Source: Epithemia pelagica (Eukaryota > Protista > Bacillariophyta). Taken from it: DNA of 64,000 nt. A program made the position numbers and the translations under genes. Each line of letters opens with the position of its first letter. Position 1 is the first letter of the stretch. The notes under the pieces are model-generated. The model was given only the letters and a program-made list of their open reading frames with translations. It was not told the DNA's origin and searched no databases. Where the stretch lies: NCBI GenBank assembly GCA_946965045.2, contig OX337234.1, positions 3,596,001-3,660,000 on the forward strand, read 5' to 3'. Positions 46,189 through 59,100 of this stretch are shown here, one piece after another.

Positions 46189-47814
46189 ATGTGCTCGTTT
46201 CCATCTCCCATGTTATCTTCGTCGGACCTTGATGGTGAGGATGAAGTACTCCGCAAGAAGGCTCTCTTATCATCGCTGTCGGACAGTGTGACGAGCAAGA
46301 TCCAACGCCACTTGGATCGACAAGTTGCCCGAACCAGACCCACCATGCAAGTGATTCACATGAATCATCATCAGCATGTGACTTCTTCTTGTTCGTCTTC
46401 GTCTTCTTCTTTTTCCTTGTCGGAAACCACAAGGATGGGACAAGAAGCCTCCTCCAAACGTCGTTCTCGTCGACGACCCATCTCGGAAAGTCGCAGTGTC
46501 TCCTCTGGCATGGATCCAGCTGCGAGTAGGGGTGTCCAGACCAATCTTTGGCAACAAAAACACCAATCCTCCTCCTCCTCGTCGTCCAAGAGTGGCAACG
46601 ACAACAACAATCCTGGGCAAGAACCGTTTGCGGGTGGGGCCTATTTCTGGACCACGAATACTACTGTCGGGGTCTCCTCCAAGGAATCTCGTCGTCGCAG
46701 TCGTCGTCGTCATCATCGTCCCTCGCTGCTCCTCAAGTCGCAAGCTCCATCTCCATGCCATGTCACATTGTACGACAATGAACATCGACCCGTGGCAGTG
46801 TGTTTCCCCGAAGCTCCGGTCGTTCAAGAGTTTTACAAATCCTCCACTCGCCACACTCGTACCAACAACAACAAGAACAAGAACAACTCACAACCACAAC
46901 GATCTAGACGAACGCGACATTTCGGTGTAGAGGACGACGAACCGGTCGTAGTGGGCAATTGTACCATTTATGGAACGCGGCCCTTGTTGGGCGGCGAACA
47001 CCATTATTCGACGCCCAAAGTCGTTCCTCTCGTCAACCCCATGGCCCATTCCAACGACAATGACGACAACAACGACAACAACGAGTCGAAGAGACATGCA
47101 CAAACACCAAACCAACAAGAAGAGCAAGAAGAACAAGAATTGTATCCCTGGTTTCACATTACCAAACAACAACCCAAAGCCGTCGCATCTCCATCTTCCA
47201 AAAACACTGGAACACAGAACAACAACAATGGATCGGACCAAACGCTCCTTCTCGTTCACGTGCTAACGCGGGATGCATCCGGACATGGCACATCCTTTCA
47301 ACCCATGTACCAAGTGTTGGAACGACAACAACAACAACACGAGGCGCCGCCAATAGTAGTTGAAGGAGGAGGACCCGAGGAACCAGTTGGGACGACACAA
47401 ACAACCACCACAACAAGAACGACTCGTTACTTTGTCGACTACTATAGTGGAAGCCTGGTGGCAATTCTCACGTCCACCACTACAACTACGAGTATCTCGG
47501 AGGAGGACCAACAAGACGATGGACCAACCGGGAACCAAAGGGGTTCTACCAAACAGAGAACCAAGGGTCCTGCAAGTCGCCCACCAGAACCTCACGATCG
47601 GAACTGGGAGTCGTCGTGGCATTCCACCACCAGTAGGGCCGAGGATACCGTGTCGGTGACATCGTCCACATCTTCGAATACGTCCCTGTCGTCGTCGTCC
47701 AAATACGACACCAATCACAACCACACCACGAGCAGCACGTTGGAACTCTTACCCGATGCGGATCCAGTCTTGTTGTTGTGTACCGCCAACAGTCTGCTGC
47801 AAGGTTTGCTCTAA
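46189..47814 (+). CDS. Hypothetical protein, paralog of 2762-4504
   Basis: Long ORF sharing ordered blocks with the 2762-4504 protein; ends LELLPDADPVLLLCTANSLLQGLL. Confidence 0.75.
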   Translation: MCSFPSPMLSSSDLDGEDEVLRKKALLSSLSDSVTSKIQRHLDRQVARTRPTMQVIHMNHHQHVTSSCSSSSSSFSLSETTRMGQEASSKRRSRRRPISESRSVSSGMDPAASRGVQTNLWQQKHQSSSSSSSKSGNDNNNPGQEPFAGGAYFWTTNTTVGVSSKESRRRSRRRHHRPSLLLKSQAPSPCHVTLYDNEHRPVAVCFPEAPVVQEFYKSSTRHTRTNNNKNKNNSQPQRSRRTRHFGVEDDEPVVVGNCTIYGTRPLLGGEHHYSTPKVVPLVNPMAHSNDNDDNNDNNESKRHAQTPNQQEEQEEQELYPWFHITKQQPKAVASPSSKNTGTQNNNNGSDQTLLLVHVLTRDASGHGTSFQPMYQVLERQQQQHEAPPIVVEGGGPEEPVGTTQTTTTTRTTRYFVDYYSGSLVAILTSTTTTTSISEEDQQDDGPTGNQRGSTKQRTKGPASRPPEPHDRNWESSWHSTTSRAEDTVSVTSSTSSNTSLSSSSKYDTNHNHTTSSTLELLPDADPVLLLCTANSLLQGLL

Positions 47815-48755
47815 ACGAATCATTCTAGTAAGAACAACCCGGTTGCTCTTTTGCAAACTGTCCATTCTTGTATTGTATAGCTTAGAATCTATCTATCCTG
47901 TAGTGTAGTAGGAATCCTACGACTTCGGGACCTGCTTTGGGACTTCGAGTTTCATGACCCACCAAAGTAGTACATCCTCCACATGCCTCCCTCTAGCTAG
48001 TATAGAGCCTTTCGATCCACAAAACCGACCATGTGCAAAAGGTCGTGTTGTAGTACCAAGTAGAGGGGAACACACTAGTACACCCAGGTCGAGAATGGCG
48101 GAGCAACCGCGAATATCCTTGTGTCACACACAGTTCCAAAGACAAATGGGGGGTACACACACACACACATCTCTCGACAGTTTCATTGTGTCTCTTCTCA
48201 CCTCTCCTGTTTGGGTGGTGGTGTGTTTGAAAAAGAACGATTCCAGCATCACAATCCCAAGAACGAATGGGTGTTCCACAACGAAACACACAGTGCAAGC
48301 ATACACACACTATAGATTGTTTGTACATGTTGTTTTCCAATAATAATAATAATAATAATAAAAGACTCAAAGAATACTTGGGTGATGGAGTTTGTGAGGA
48401 ATGAGTTACCCTACAAACAACAAGAGACGTTTGGGGGGCATTGTCCTTGTTGGTGCTTTGTTCGGGGGAACGTTCCGATTGGGACATGTGAAACAACGAA
48501 AAAGAGCAACCAGATCCGGCCAAGCGTTTGGTCCTTCTTGGAAGCCAGCAGCAGGGCAGATCCTTGGTAGCCGCGTCGTCCTGGATCCTTTTTGGCCGGC
48601 GGTTTTCCTCCCAAACAAAACTGTGAATCCATGGAATCGCTTGACTCGTACGACATTGCACCCCATCCCATCCATGGAGTGTCGTCGTCGTCCTAGTTTG
48701 GATCGTCCTTGGCGTCCTTGTCGCTGTCGTCGTTTGTCACTGTTTTTTAATACAA

Positions 48756-49214
48756 TTGCAACAACCACAACCACAAACAGTCCGGTCCTCCTCTTCCACC
48801 ATGACCACCGTGTCGTCCTTCTCTTCTGTTAGTGGCGCATGGCAGTGGGTGTGGTGGTGGGGGCGTCTCGTGGCACTGACCATGGCGGTGGTGAGTGTGA
48901 CGGGATGTAGCTTGGCCATGTGGTATTATTCCACTCTCGTGAATCAAGCCGACCACGCAAAGGCACAACAAGGAGTGTGGCAACAACAACAACACCTGGC
49001 GGTTTCATGGAACAACAATGACAACAACGATGACAACAAGGAGGAGATGGGCGGCAATTCGTCCAGGAGGAGGACAACGACGATGCTTGTTCCAGTTCCT
49101 CAACAGACGATCCGCAACAGTCCGCAAGAACAAGACCAACAAGACCAACAACAACCGTTGGTTCCCGAACTCATGTTGGATCTCGTCCCCACGGCACGAC
49201 TCTTGGTCATGTGA
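48756..49214 (+). CDS. Hypothetical membrane protein (may continue in a second exon to 49484)
   Basis: 152-aa ORF with TM segment RLVALTMAVVSVTGCSLAMWYY and Q/N-rich linkers typical of local coding DNA. Confidence 0.4.
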   Translation: MQQPQPQTVRSSSSTMTTVSSFSSVSGAWQWVWWWGRLVALTMAVVSVTGCSLAMWYYSTLVNQADHAKAQQGVWQQQQHLAVSWNNNDNNDDNKEEMGGNSSRRRTTTMLVPVPQQTIRNSPQEQDQQDQQQPLVPELMLDLVPTARLLVM

Positions 49215-49669
49215 ACGACACACACGCAAGAACAAGCATGAAGAATCCGAATGGGTCCTACCTGTTATACAGTACAGAGAGAATCAGTCGAGTCATCTCG
49301 ACACTTGTGTGTGTTCTGGTTGGTTTCTTTCCAGCAACATGGAGATGTTTTTTTTTGTGACTCGGGTCTCCATCCTTTTCAATCTTTCGTTTGGTTTTGT
49401 GTAGCCTCTTTGATTTCGTTTGGTTGCGTACCTTCTCTTTGGTGGACTCAACGACAACCACCACCACAACAATTGGAAAACTAGTGTAGAACTGTGTATC
49501 TCCTAGAATAGGAATTTATGACCAACAACAAGTAATCTTCTTCTTCTTTCGTTGGGTTCTTTTGGTGGTGGTGTTTGGTTTCATTCATCTGCACTCGAGT
49601 CAATCAAAACAAATGTTTCGATCGATTGCTCGTTCTGGTTGTCTCATGTGTGCCTTGTGGTGGTTGTTG

Positions 49670-52652
49670 CTAGTCATCCTCGGAGCGCCAATTTTTCCAT
49701 TGTTCCGGAAAGGTGGTGCGATCGTCCTTCGTTTCGCTGTCGTTGTCGTCGTGCGATTCCGGCAAGCCAATCCAATGGCGAAAGGCGTGAGGCCAATGTT
49801 GATCACTGGCTTGCGGTTTGACAAGGTAGTGAATGGCATGGCGGGGAAAATTCCGCAAATACCGAGGCAACCCGTGTTCGGCCCAGGCGGGATATTCCTC
49901 CTCACCCTCGGGAAGAATATGGCGTGGATGAATGCGCACGGTATACAGCTGTGGATCCGTTGACTCAATGACGGTACAGGGCCAATAGCTTTGATCGTCA
50001 TGGGTCGCATAGGAGTATGCGGGGGAAATAAAGTCTTCGGTTCCATTGACGGTACGAATCTTTTTGCGGTGGCCATGGTACCAGGTAAATTCCCTGGCAT
50101 CGTCCGAGTAATTTTGCAAGAGTTGGTCATCCGAAAACTCTTCCCAGTCTTTGACGTCTTCGGAAAAGACGGGGTGATTGTCCCAGCCATCCACCATGTG
50201 GTAGTGACAACCCGTAAACAAATAATCATTGCTTCTCCACGTTTGTTTCCGCAAATCGCCCGATTGCAAGGCAATCACGTCTTGTTGATTGGCCACTTGA
50301 ATGCTGGATTTCCACAACTCGTCGTCGTCGTCGTCATTGTCCTTCTCCTTGTCAGGTTCGGCATGCTCGTGCTCGTCGTCCTCCTCCTCCTCGTCCTCGT
50401 GGTGTTCCATTTCACGGCGGAGTCCTTGGGTTTGGACGACATGACGATTCCAGGCTCGTTCCCAGTCGGGACCGTAATCGACCGTGACTTCTTCGCCTCG
50501 ACGAATATCCCGTAGGGCCACCACTTCCATGAACAATCCCCGTTGCGTGCCTTGGTCCCACAATTCGTCCATGGTCAATTGACGCCATTTGTCACTCGTG
50601 GCATCGTACGAGGACCATTGAAATCGCGCATTGGGAGCCACTTCTTGGTGTGTGGCGTCGTCCGTAGGGTCCGGAACGAGTCCGAGCTCTTGATAGGCCG
50701 GAAACTGTCGTTGATAATGATTGATGAGAATGGCATTGGTATTGGGACAGAGCAGGACGGAGGATTCGGCATGCCCAATACAGTAATTCAAGAGCAATTG
50801 TTTCGTGTCGGGCAATCGTTCACCGTCTTCATTGTACATGTCCAAGGCGCGTTGATCGACAATGTGCAAAATCGGTGCCGGAACAATGACTTGGCCTTGC
50901 TGTAAGTCGTGTTGGGCAAAGGCTCCGCGACCGGCAAAGGGAATGGTACTGGGTTTGGCCACCAAGTGTTCCAAACACAAGCCATGCTCGCGAATCCATG
51001 ATTCGGAACGCACATGGGTTCCCAAGTGTCGTGCCACGCGATGCAACAAGGGACCCTTGGGTCGTGGTCCTTGTCCGGCATGACCCAAAATGTGTTCCAA
51101 ATCGGTTCGCGATTGCGGCAAGAGACGTTGAATCAAGGCGGTACTGGCCTGGACGACGGGAAAGGCATCGTCTTGGGTGTCGTCGTCGAGTGTCTTATTC
51201 TTCTGGTCCAAACTCGTCGTGGCAGGATCCGTGGATTCCTTTTGTTGGGCAGCCTCTTGTTCCTTGGTTTGTTGCCGAATCAGCCAGGGTTGATAGACGG
51301 TTTCGACCAAGGCCGTGACTTGTTGAAAATCGTCGACATTGGGAATGGAATCTTGCCATTTTGCTTCGGCATTGTCGTTGTCATCCGCACTTTCGAGTGG
51401 ATGCGGATCGCAATGTCCATAATCCAAAAAAATTTCTTCCGTCGCCTGCAAATCTCGAATGGCGGTAAAGTTGCGGCCATTGCTATAAGACAAGGCGCCT
51501 CTCATGGGACTATTCGTATTTGGAGTAGGAGCGAGACGATACGAATCATCGTACGGGGCATACTGAGCACTGTCGGTATGAGGATAATAGGCTTCCAAGC
51601 CTTCCAAGACACAATGATGATTGGGCAAACTGCCAAAGGTGATTTGAAAATCCACCGAATACCCATGGGTCAACACATCGACATGATCCGGTTTGCCCCG
51701 TGCCCACCAATAATTGTCAAACAAGCCGGTAAATTGCATTTGAGCCCGCAAAAAGGCGTCACTTTCGTCGTACTCCTCGTCGTCGTCTTCATCGTCGTCG
51801 GGCCAGTAATCCAAGACGGGAATCGATGGGGCATCGGGCAAGTGGGATTGCAAAATGCTGTGCGTCCGTGGTATATCTCGAGTCGTGTACAAGCCAAAGC
51901 CTTGCACACCCTTGAGTGACGTGGGGGCCATGTAAATGGAACCTATACCGAACCACCAAACAACAACAAGCAACCAAAATGACAACACCCATAGAACCAA
52001 CTGCAGTGAGCGGATCGAAACAGACACACACACGACGAATTCACACGACACTACCAAAAACAACCAACAAGGACAATGGGCGGTACGTACATTGGGGGGA
52101 TGCTGTTTCCTCTTCCTCCTCCTCCTTGGAACTAGATATTGGGGACGCTTCTGTTTCTTCTGTTGTTTCTGGTTGTTCTTGTGCTTGTTCTTGTGCTTGT
52201 TGTTTTGGTTGTTCTTGTGCTTGTTCTTGTTCTTGTTCTTTTGGTTGTTCTCGTGCTTGTTCTTGTGCTTGTGGTTGCGATACCAACTTGGTGGTCATGG
52301 ATTCGGGTTCTGTCGTCGTCGTTTGGAGTGTGGTGGTGGCCCGATTGGCGGATTCTTGGTGTAATTGCAATGGTTGGATCCATGTTTGTTTCAGAGTGGA
52401 CCAGGAGCCAACGTTGACGGGTTGTTGCAACCAGAATCCAATCATCATGGTCATGACAACCACAAGACCGGTCCACGACACAAGGTACAGGCAAGCATGA
52501 CGCCGTGGCATCAATTTGGGTGGTGGAATGGGCCGTGTGGTGCTGGTGCTTGGGGTGGAAGAGGATGCCGTGTCATTCTTCTCGCTCTTGTTCTTGTTAT
52601 TCTTTTTCTTGGGAGGCGTTGGAGGCGTCATGGATTTTCGACGCCACAACAT
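49670..52652 (-). CDS. Membrane-anchored protein with two SET-like domains (diatom BacSET-like); exons 52652-52091 and 51942-49670; 944 aa
   Basis: CSIYMAPTSLKGVQGFGLY...PNHH...EEIFLDYG and PSTIPFAGRGAFA...LINH...EEVTVDYG. N-terminal TM helix. The intron restores the frame. Confidence 0.85.
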
Positions 52653-52978
52653 GGTCGTTTTTCTTCTTCTTGTTGTTGTGGTTTCTCACCCTCTCGTTTG
52701 CAACAGATATAATAAGGATGCCACAATGTGTGTGTGTCGTTCCAGTTCTTTCTTGGTTTCGCTGTTGGTTGGATGAATGTCGGTGGAGTCGTCCGTGGAA
52801 CGGATGGAGTCTTGATATTATATAGTTTCGAGGATCCGACTCCCGAATTTGTCGACCCCGAGACGGCACGACACATCACTTGTCCTCATGGTGGAGCATC
52901 GGTTGTCTTGTGACGAGACACATGATACCAATCGTAGATATAACACGACCACGACCAACGATCGGAAGTAAATGGCTT

Positions 52979-53156
52979 TGTCTCATTCTGGTCGATACGG
53001 GATTGATACGTCAGCATGACGTAGATTGGGCCTTATGGCGACGTAGATTGGGCCTTATGGCCGGGGGGCCACTTTACTGGTTTTATGCGATGGATGTAGT
53101 TGTAACGCTTATCTTAGTCTTTCTTTGGAACGGATTCTATCAAGTAGAATAAGACA
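52979..53156 (+). repeat. 5' LTR (178 bp) with an internal 2 x 22-bp duplication at 53018-53061
   Basis: Identical to 59400-59577. Confidence 0.97.
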
Positions 53157-53194
53157 GTTTATCAGACCCATCGTCTGGTAAAGAAGAACGAAGA

Positions 53195-56100
53195 ATGGCT
53201 ACATCGACACGATCGAATACGAAAACTGCAACTGCAAGTGGAAGGAGCGGAAGCGGAAGCGGAAGCGGAAGTGGAAGTGGAGGCGGAAGCGGAAATGGGA
53301 ACCCCGGGGCCACGGGGAATGGGGGAGGAGATCGTACTTCACGCCATGGCGCAAGTATGGGAACGGGAGCGGGAGGGAGTGACCCGCCAGGAGGTGTACC
53401 TGGAACTACAGGAGGAACCGCAGCAGGGACAGCTGCAGGACCGGCCCCGGGAGTGGCGGCACCAGGTGGTGCGCCTGGGACTGGCGCAGGAAGCGCCGGA
53501 ACGGGAGGTGCCGGCGGTGGAGCCGGTGCAGGATGTGGTGCGCTGGGAGCGGGAGGAGGCGGACATGGTGGCGGTGCCGCAGGAGGCGGAGGCGGCGGCG
53601 GAGGTGCAGGAGGAGGTGCAGGAGGAGGTGCAGGCGGCGGCGCTGGAGGCGGAGGAGGAGGAGCAGGCGGTGGTGGCGCTGGAGGAGGAGGAGGAGATGG
53701 AATACCTCCAGGCGTTCCAGCACCACCACCACCCCTCTCTGCTGTGGGAATGGCACTTAGTGTATGTGGCGCGAATCCTTTCGAAATATACGCCCTAGAA
53801 CATACCGAACGCCTTAACACCCTAGAGTCATATGGAAGAATGACATCGGATGACGTGACCCAACTGGTGTCGAGGCTGGAAAAGCGCCCGTACCCGCACA
53901 ACGTGGCGATTCCTTCAAGCGTCGTAAAGAACATTCAAGGAATGTGCTTCTGGTCCGCCAGAGCGCGTCGTCAAGGCCGTCCGCTTAACTACGGAGACTT
54001 CACAACTGCTGTCCTAGCCGAATCCCTGGACGCGATGGAGATCCAGTCGGAGAAATCCTCTGCACCTGATATTAAGCCCTCTGCCCTCAAGGAAGAAGAC
54101 TGGGAGGATTGGAGTCAAGAGTTCCCAACCTACCTATCGCATATCTATGGAAAACAGAAGGCACCATTGGACTACGTGATTCGTCCCGATTTAGCGCCTA
54201 CCCATGTCTTTGCAAGCACTAGGGAACAAGAGCTCTATAGCTACCCTCTAGGTGGGCCGTACTTCAAAGAAGACAACAAGGAAGTGTTTCGCCTATTGAG
54301 TGACCTTGTCAAGGATCAACCTGCGACGTGGATTCAGCCTTTCCAGGCTTCACAAGATGGTCGACGCGCATGGATGGCATTGGTCGATCATTTCGATGGG
54401 GGGGGACAGAAGGAGCGTCGCATCTCCAAGGCTGAAGCTATTTTAGAAACGGTGGTCTATCAAAACGAACGTGTATTTAGCTTTGACTCGTACTCGGCAC
54501 AACTATTGCGTGCTTTTCGGACGTTGGATAGCACCCCAAATCGCCGGTCTACGGCGAACCAGGTCAAGATTCTCATCGACAATATGAAGGTGGCGACAGC
54601 AGAGTTCGCTGTGATTAAATCGTACGTTCGAAGCAACCACCGGACCGATCTTCAAGGGGCTATTGCGTATATCTCTCGAGAGATATCTGACATCTACCCG
54701 GATGTCGCTGTCGGGAACCGTCGCAACCAAGGACGTCACCGCTTTGTTTCGGAAGCCACATCAAGTAATCGGCCGCGCAATTTTACTGGCCTTGAGCAGA
54801 ACAATGGCGTTTACACCTTCTTTGGCGTGGACGTGACTGATGTCACCCGCCGATTCTCAAGCCAAGAAATGAACTTGTTAGGTCCCAGTGGCCAAGCTTA
54901 CATCCATCAGGAACGGGAACGTGTTCGAGCACAGGGCGGTCGTGGTGGCGGCCGTACTTTCGGTGGCCGGGGACGTGGTCGCGGTGGACGAGGACACGGT
55001 GGTGGACGACATGGTGGTGGAGGCCGTGGGGTCGCCGAAATTCAAATGGAGAACCAATCCGTCATCACGGATATCACCAACGAGGGGAATCGCACCACCA
55101 GCGGGGGCAATGGGGGAAGTGACGGCAATAGGGGAAGTGACGGCAATACTCAGGGAGAGCGCGGAAGCACCAATGGGAGAAGGTTCGGGAACGGGGCTTA
55201 TGGGGACGATTCGGGGAGTAGCCGCCATGGCATATCGGTAGTGAATTGTGGTCCGCAGAGACGGGTCGGGAAGGTGGAGAAAGGTTGGTTGTTGAAGCAA
55301 GGATCCGGGGGAGAGACTGGCAGAAACGAAATGGACACCATGGCAGATACGTGTTGCGCTGGACGCAACTGGACCTTGGTGGAGACAACTGGCATGGAAT
55401 GCACAGTGAATGATTTCGCTGGCAATCAAGTGGGGGCAACATCCGTCCCAGTCGCGACATGTGCAACGGTGGTGAGGGATCGGAAGTCTGGGATGGAAAT
55501 TGTGATTATTGGTCATCAGATGCTGTGGTTCGGTAACAGATTAGACAAATCCTTATTGAATCAAAATCAGGTGCGCCACGCGGGGCATGACGTCCGAGAT
55601 GACCCGACGCGGCAGGACAAGGAAGGGTTTGGGATATGGATTGATGGGTTCCACATTCCGTTTCAGCTACGCGGAACGACGGTGTATTTTGAGTCCCGGG
55701 CACCCAGTCCTCAAGACATCGAGAGTTTGCCGTCGGTCGTCCTTACTCGGCAGGAAAAATGGGATCCCCATACGGTAGACTTGTTGCAAAAAGGGGACAG
55801 TCCGTACCTCGAGACGCATGACATGGGCATGGCCGGGGTCGGAGCGATCTCGGCTGCTCTGGTACCTCAAAGAATCAACCGCGAGCTGGCCGCTCGTCCG
55901 CGTGTCAAGCAGGTGGAGAGCACGCGACATGGGGCAGTCACACCGGAATCACTCAGTCGCAAGTGGCGCATTGGACTCGATTCGGCTCGGGCTACCCTCC
56001 GAGTAACCACCCAACAGGGGATCCGGACGGCTATCTCGCCTATCACACGACGATACCGCGTGGATAACTTAGCCCTACATCGTAACAGATTGCAAACGCG

Positions 56101-59100
56101 TATCTATACGGACACTCTATTTTCGAAAACGACTTCGCTGTCAGGGAACAAGTGTGCCCAAGTCTTCACCGACGGGCAGTTCACCTCGGTTTATCCCATG
56201 GTCAGCAAGGCACATGTCGGGCAAGCGCTTGCAAGGTTCATTGATGAAGTCGGCATACCCGACAAGATGACGGCAGATATGGCCGGAGAGCAGGTTGGTG
56301 AATCCACCATGTTCCAGAAATTGGTCCGCATGCATCGTATTGACATGCACTGGACAGAGCGCAATACGGGGAAACAAAATCACCGTGCTGAACGCGAGAT
56401 CGGGTTGCTCAAACAGAGGTGGCACAGACGTGCCATGGATCTTCATGTCCCAAGAAGGCTTTGGGACTATGGTCTTGTTTACGAGGCCGGTGTACTCAGT
56501 CGAGTCGCCCGGGGACATGACGGCCGATCCGGCTTAGAACGACTCTCAGGAGATACACCGGACATCTCGGAGTGGATTGATTTTTCCTTCTATGACCTCG
56601 TGTGGTTTCACAACAATGCCAAAACAGATGCAGCGGACGATCTCGTGCAGCTGGGATACTGGTTAGGGATTGCGCATCGAATCGGGAGTGACCTTTGCTA
56701 CTGGATCTTGACAAAGGGGGGAAAGGTGATTGCTCGGACAACGGTGCAACATGTCACGGAAGAAGATATGGGAAAGCCAGACATTGCCGAAAGGGTCAAA
56801 CAATTCAAGTTGATTGTTGAGGAGAGGTTAGACGATCAGAATTTCACCAATGAAGAAGGAAATGGGCCGGGTTATCTCGAGGATGTAGAACCGGAAGAGG
56901 AAAGACGGGGACGTGTCGGGATCGTCCCAACGGACGACGAATATGGTGACATGATCGTCGAGGAGACAGATGAGGCCGATTTGCACGGGGAAGGATACGA
57001 CGAGTACATCGGAGCACAGATACAAGTCGAGATGGGAGGTGAGCAGATGTTTGGCACAGTGGAAAAACGGCAAAAAGGGTTAGATGGCAAGCCAGTAGGA
57101 AAGTTCAATCGAAACCCGAAATTCGACACAAGAACGTACCAGGTAAGCTTTCCTGGTGGCGTGATACAGGAATACACTGCCAACTTGGTGGCGGAAAATC
57201 TCTATTCACAGCTGGACACGGAGGGAAAGAGATACGTCGTTATACAGGAGATCGTCGGTCACAGGAAAAACGGGGACGCTGTGGCCATCGAGGACGGATA
57301 CCATGTGGGACAGAACGGGAATCGGCACCCGAAGAAAACGACGAAAGGATGGGAAATAGCTGTCGAATGTCGAGACGGGACGCAAATGTGGATACCTCTT
57401 AGGGACGCGAAAAATGGGTACGCAGTCGAGTTGGCAGAGTACGCGGTCGCACAAGGGCTAGTGGAAGAACCAGCATTCAAGTGGTGGGTGCCACAGACGC
57501 TAAACCATATGCGTCGGATGGTGAAGAAAGTGAAGAAGAAATATTGGAAGACCACGGAGAAATATGGGATAAAGCTACCCCATTCGGTTGAAGAGGCACT
57601 AAAGATTGATGAGGTAACTGGAACTACCTTCTGGAGGGATGCGATAGACAAGGAGCTCAGGGTAGTGAAGGTAGCATGGGAAGCGAGGGACGATCTGGAT
57701 CTAGAAGAGGTACGAGCAGGGCGGCAGCTCATCGGGTATACGGAAATTAAATGTCATATGGTTTTTGACATAAAAATGGATCTTACCAGGAAGGCACGGC
57801 TCGTGGCAGGGGGGCATATGACTGACGCGCCGTCAAGCCTGACCTACTCGAGCGTCGTCAGCCGAGACTCAATCAGGATTGCTTTTCTCATTGCCGCACT
57901 CAATGGGCTAAAGGTACTCGCGTGTGATATAGGTAATGCCTACTTGAATGCGCCATGTCGAGAGAAGATTTGGTTTCATGGGGGTCCGGAAGTGGGGAAC
58001 GAGTTTCAGGGAAAGGTCTGTGTCATGGTAAGGGCCCTATACGGGCTGAAATCCTCCGGTGCAAGTTGGCGGGCCACGCTCATGGTGACCCTTTATGATA
58101 TGGGTTTCATTGACACCCAAGCGGATCCATGTGTCCTACGGAGGAAGGCGAGGAGAAGCTCGGGAGAGGAATATTATGAGATCATATTAGTCTATGTGGA
58201 TGACATACTACTGGTAAGCGAAGATCCGCATCCGGTACTTGACGAGATTGATAAACATTACAAGATCAAAGCAGGGAGCGTGGGTGAGCCAACAGTGTAT
58301 CTCGGCGCTCAGATATATAAACACAACTTGCCAAGCGGGTCATGGGCATGGGGCATGTCCAGTGAAAAATATGTCGCCAACGCGATTCGAATCGTGGAAG
58401 ATCTTCTCAAGGAAGACGGGGACGGGAAACACCTTAAAACGACGGCCAAGGTACCGGTTGTCTCTTCTTACAAGCCGGAGTTGGACACAACCCCAGAACT
58501 CAACGCAGCATTAACGTCGCGGTATCAACAGTTGATTGGTGTGTTACGTTGGGCCGTGGAGATTGGGCGAGTGGACATCTACTTGGAAGTGTCCATTCTT
58601 TCACAATTCTTGGCAAACCCGAGGGTCGGTCACTTGGAGGCAGTCTATCACATATTTGCTTTCCTCAAGTCGCACTCGAAGCTGAAGCTGGTCTTTGATC
58701 CAAAGGACGTGGTGCTGGATGAGTCATGTTTTCCCCAAGTGCCAATTGACGATTGGAAAGAGTTTTACGGCGAAGTTGCCGAGGAGATTCCAAGTAAAAT
58801 GCCTCCACCATTGGGGCGTCCTGTCAGTATCACATGTTTCGTGGATGCTGACCATGCTGGAAACGTTGTCACTCGTCGATCTCACACCGGTATACTCATC
58901 TTTGTGCAAAATGCTCCCATCTTGTGGTACTCCAAGAGGCAAAATACCGTTGAAACTTCAAGTTTTGGCAGCGAATTTGTCGCGCTTCGTATCGCCAAGG
59001 AAATGATCGTCGCATTACGGTACAAACTTCGGATGTTTGGGGTTCCTTTGGTTGGTCCGGCGAGTGTTCTCTGTGACAACCGGGGTGTCGTGAAAAACAC

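Noticed and set aside
53140-53934. Pro-rich antisense ORF and similar shadow ORFs (e.g. 23439-23981, 49991-51919)
   Set aside because: They are reverse-strand or alternate-frame shadows of low-complexity or GC-rich coding regions.
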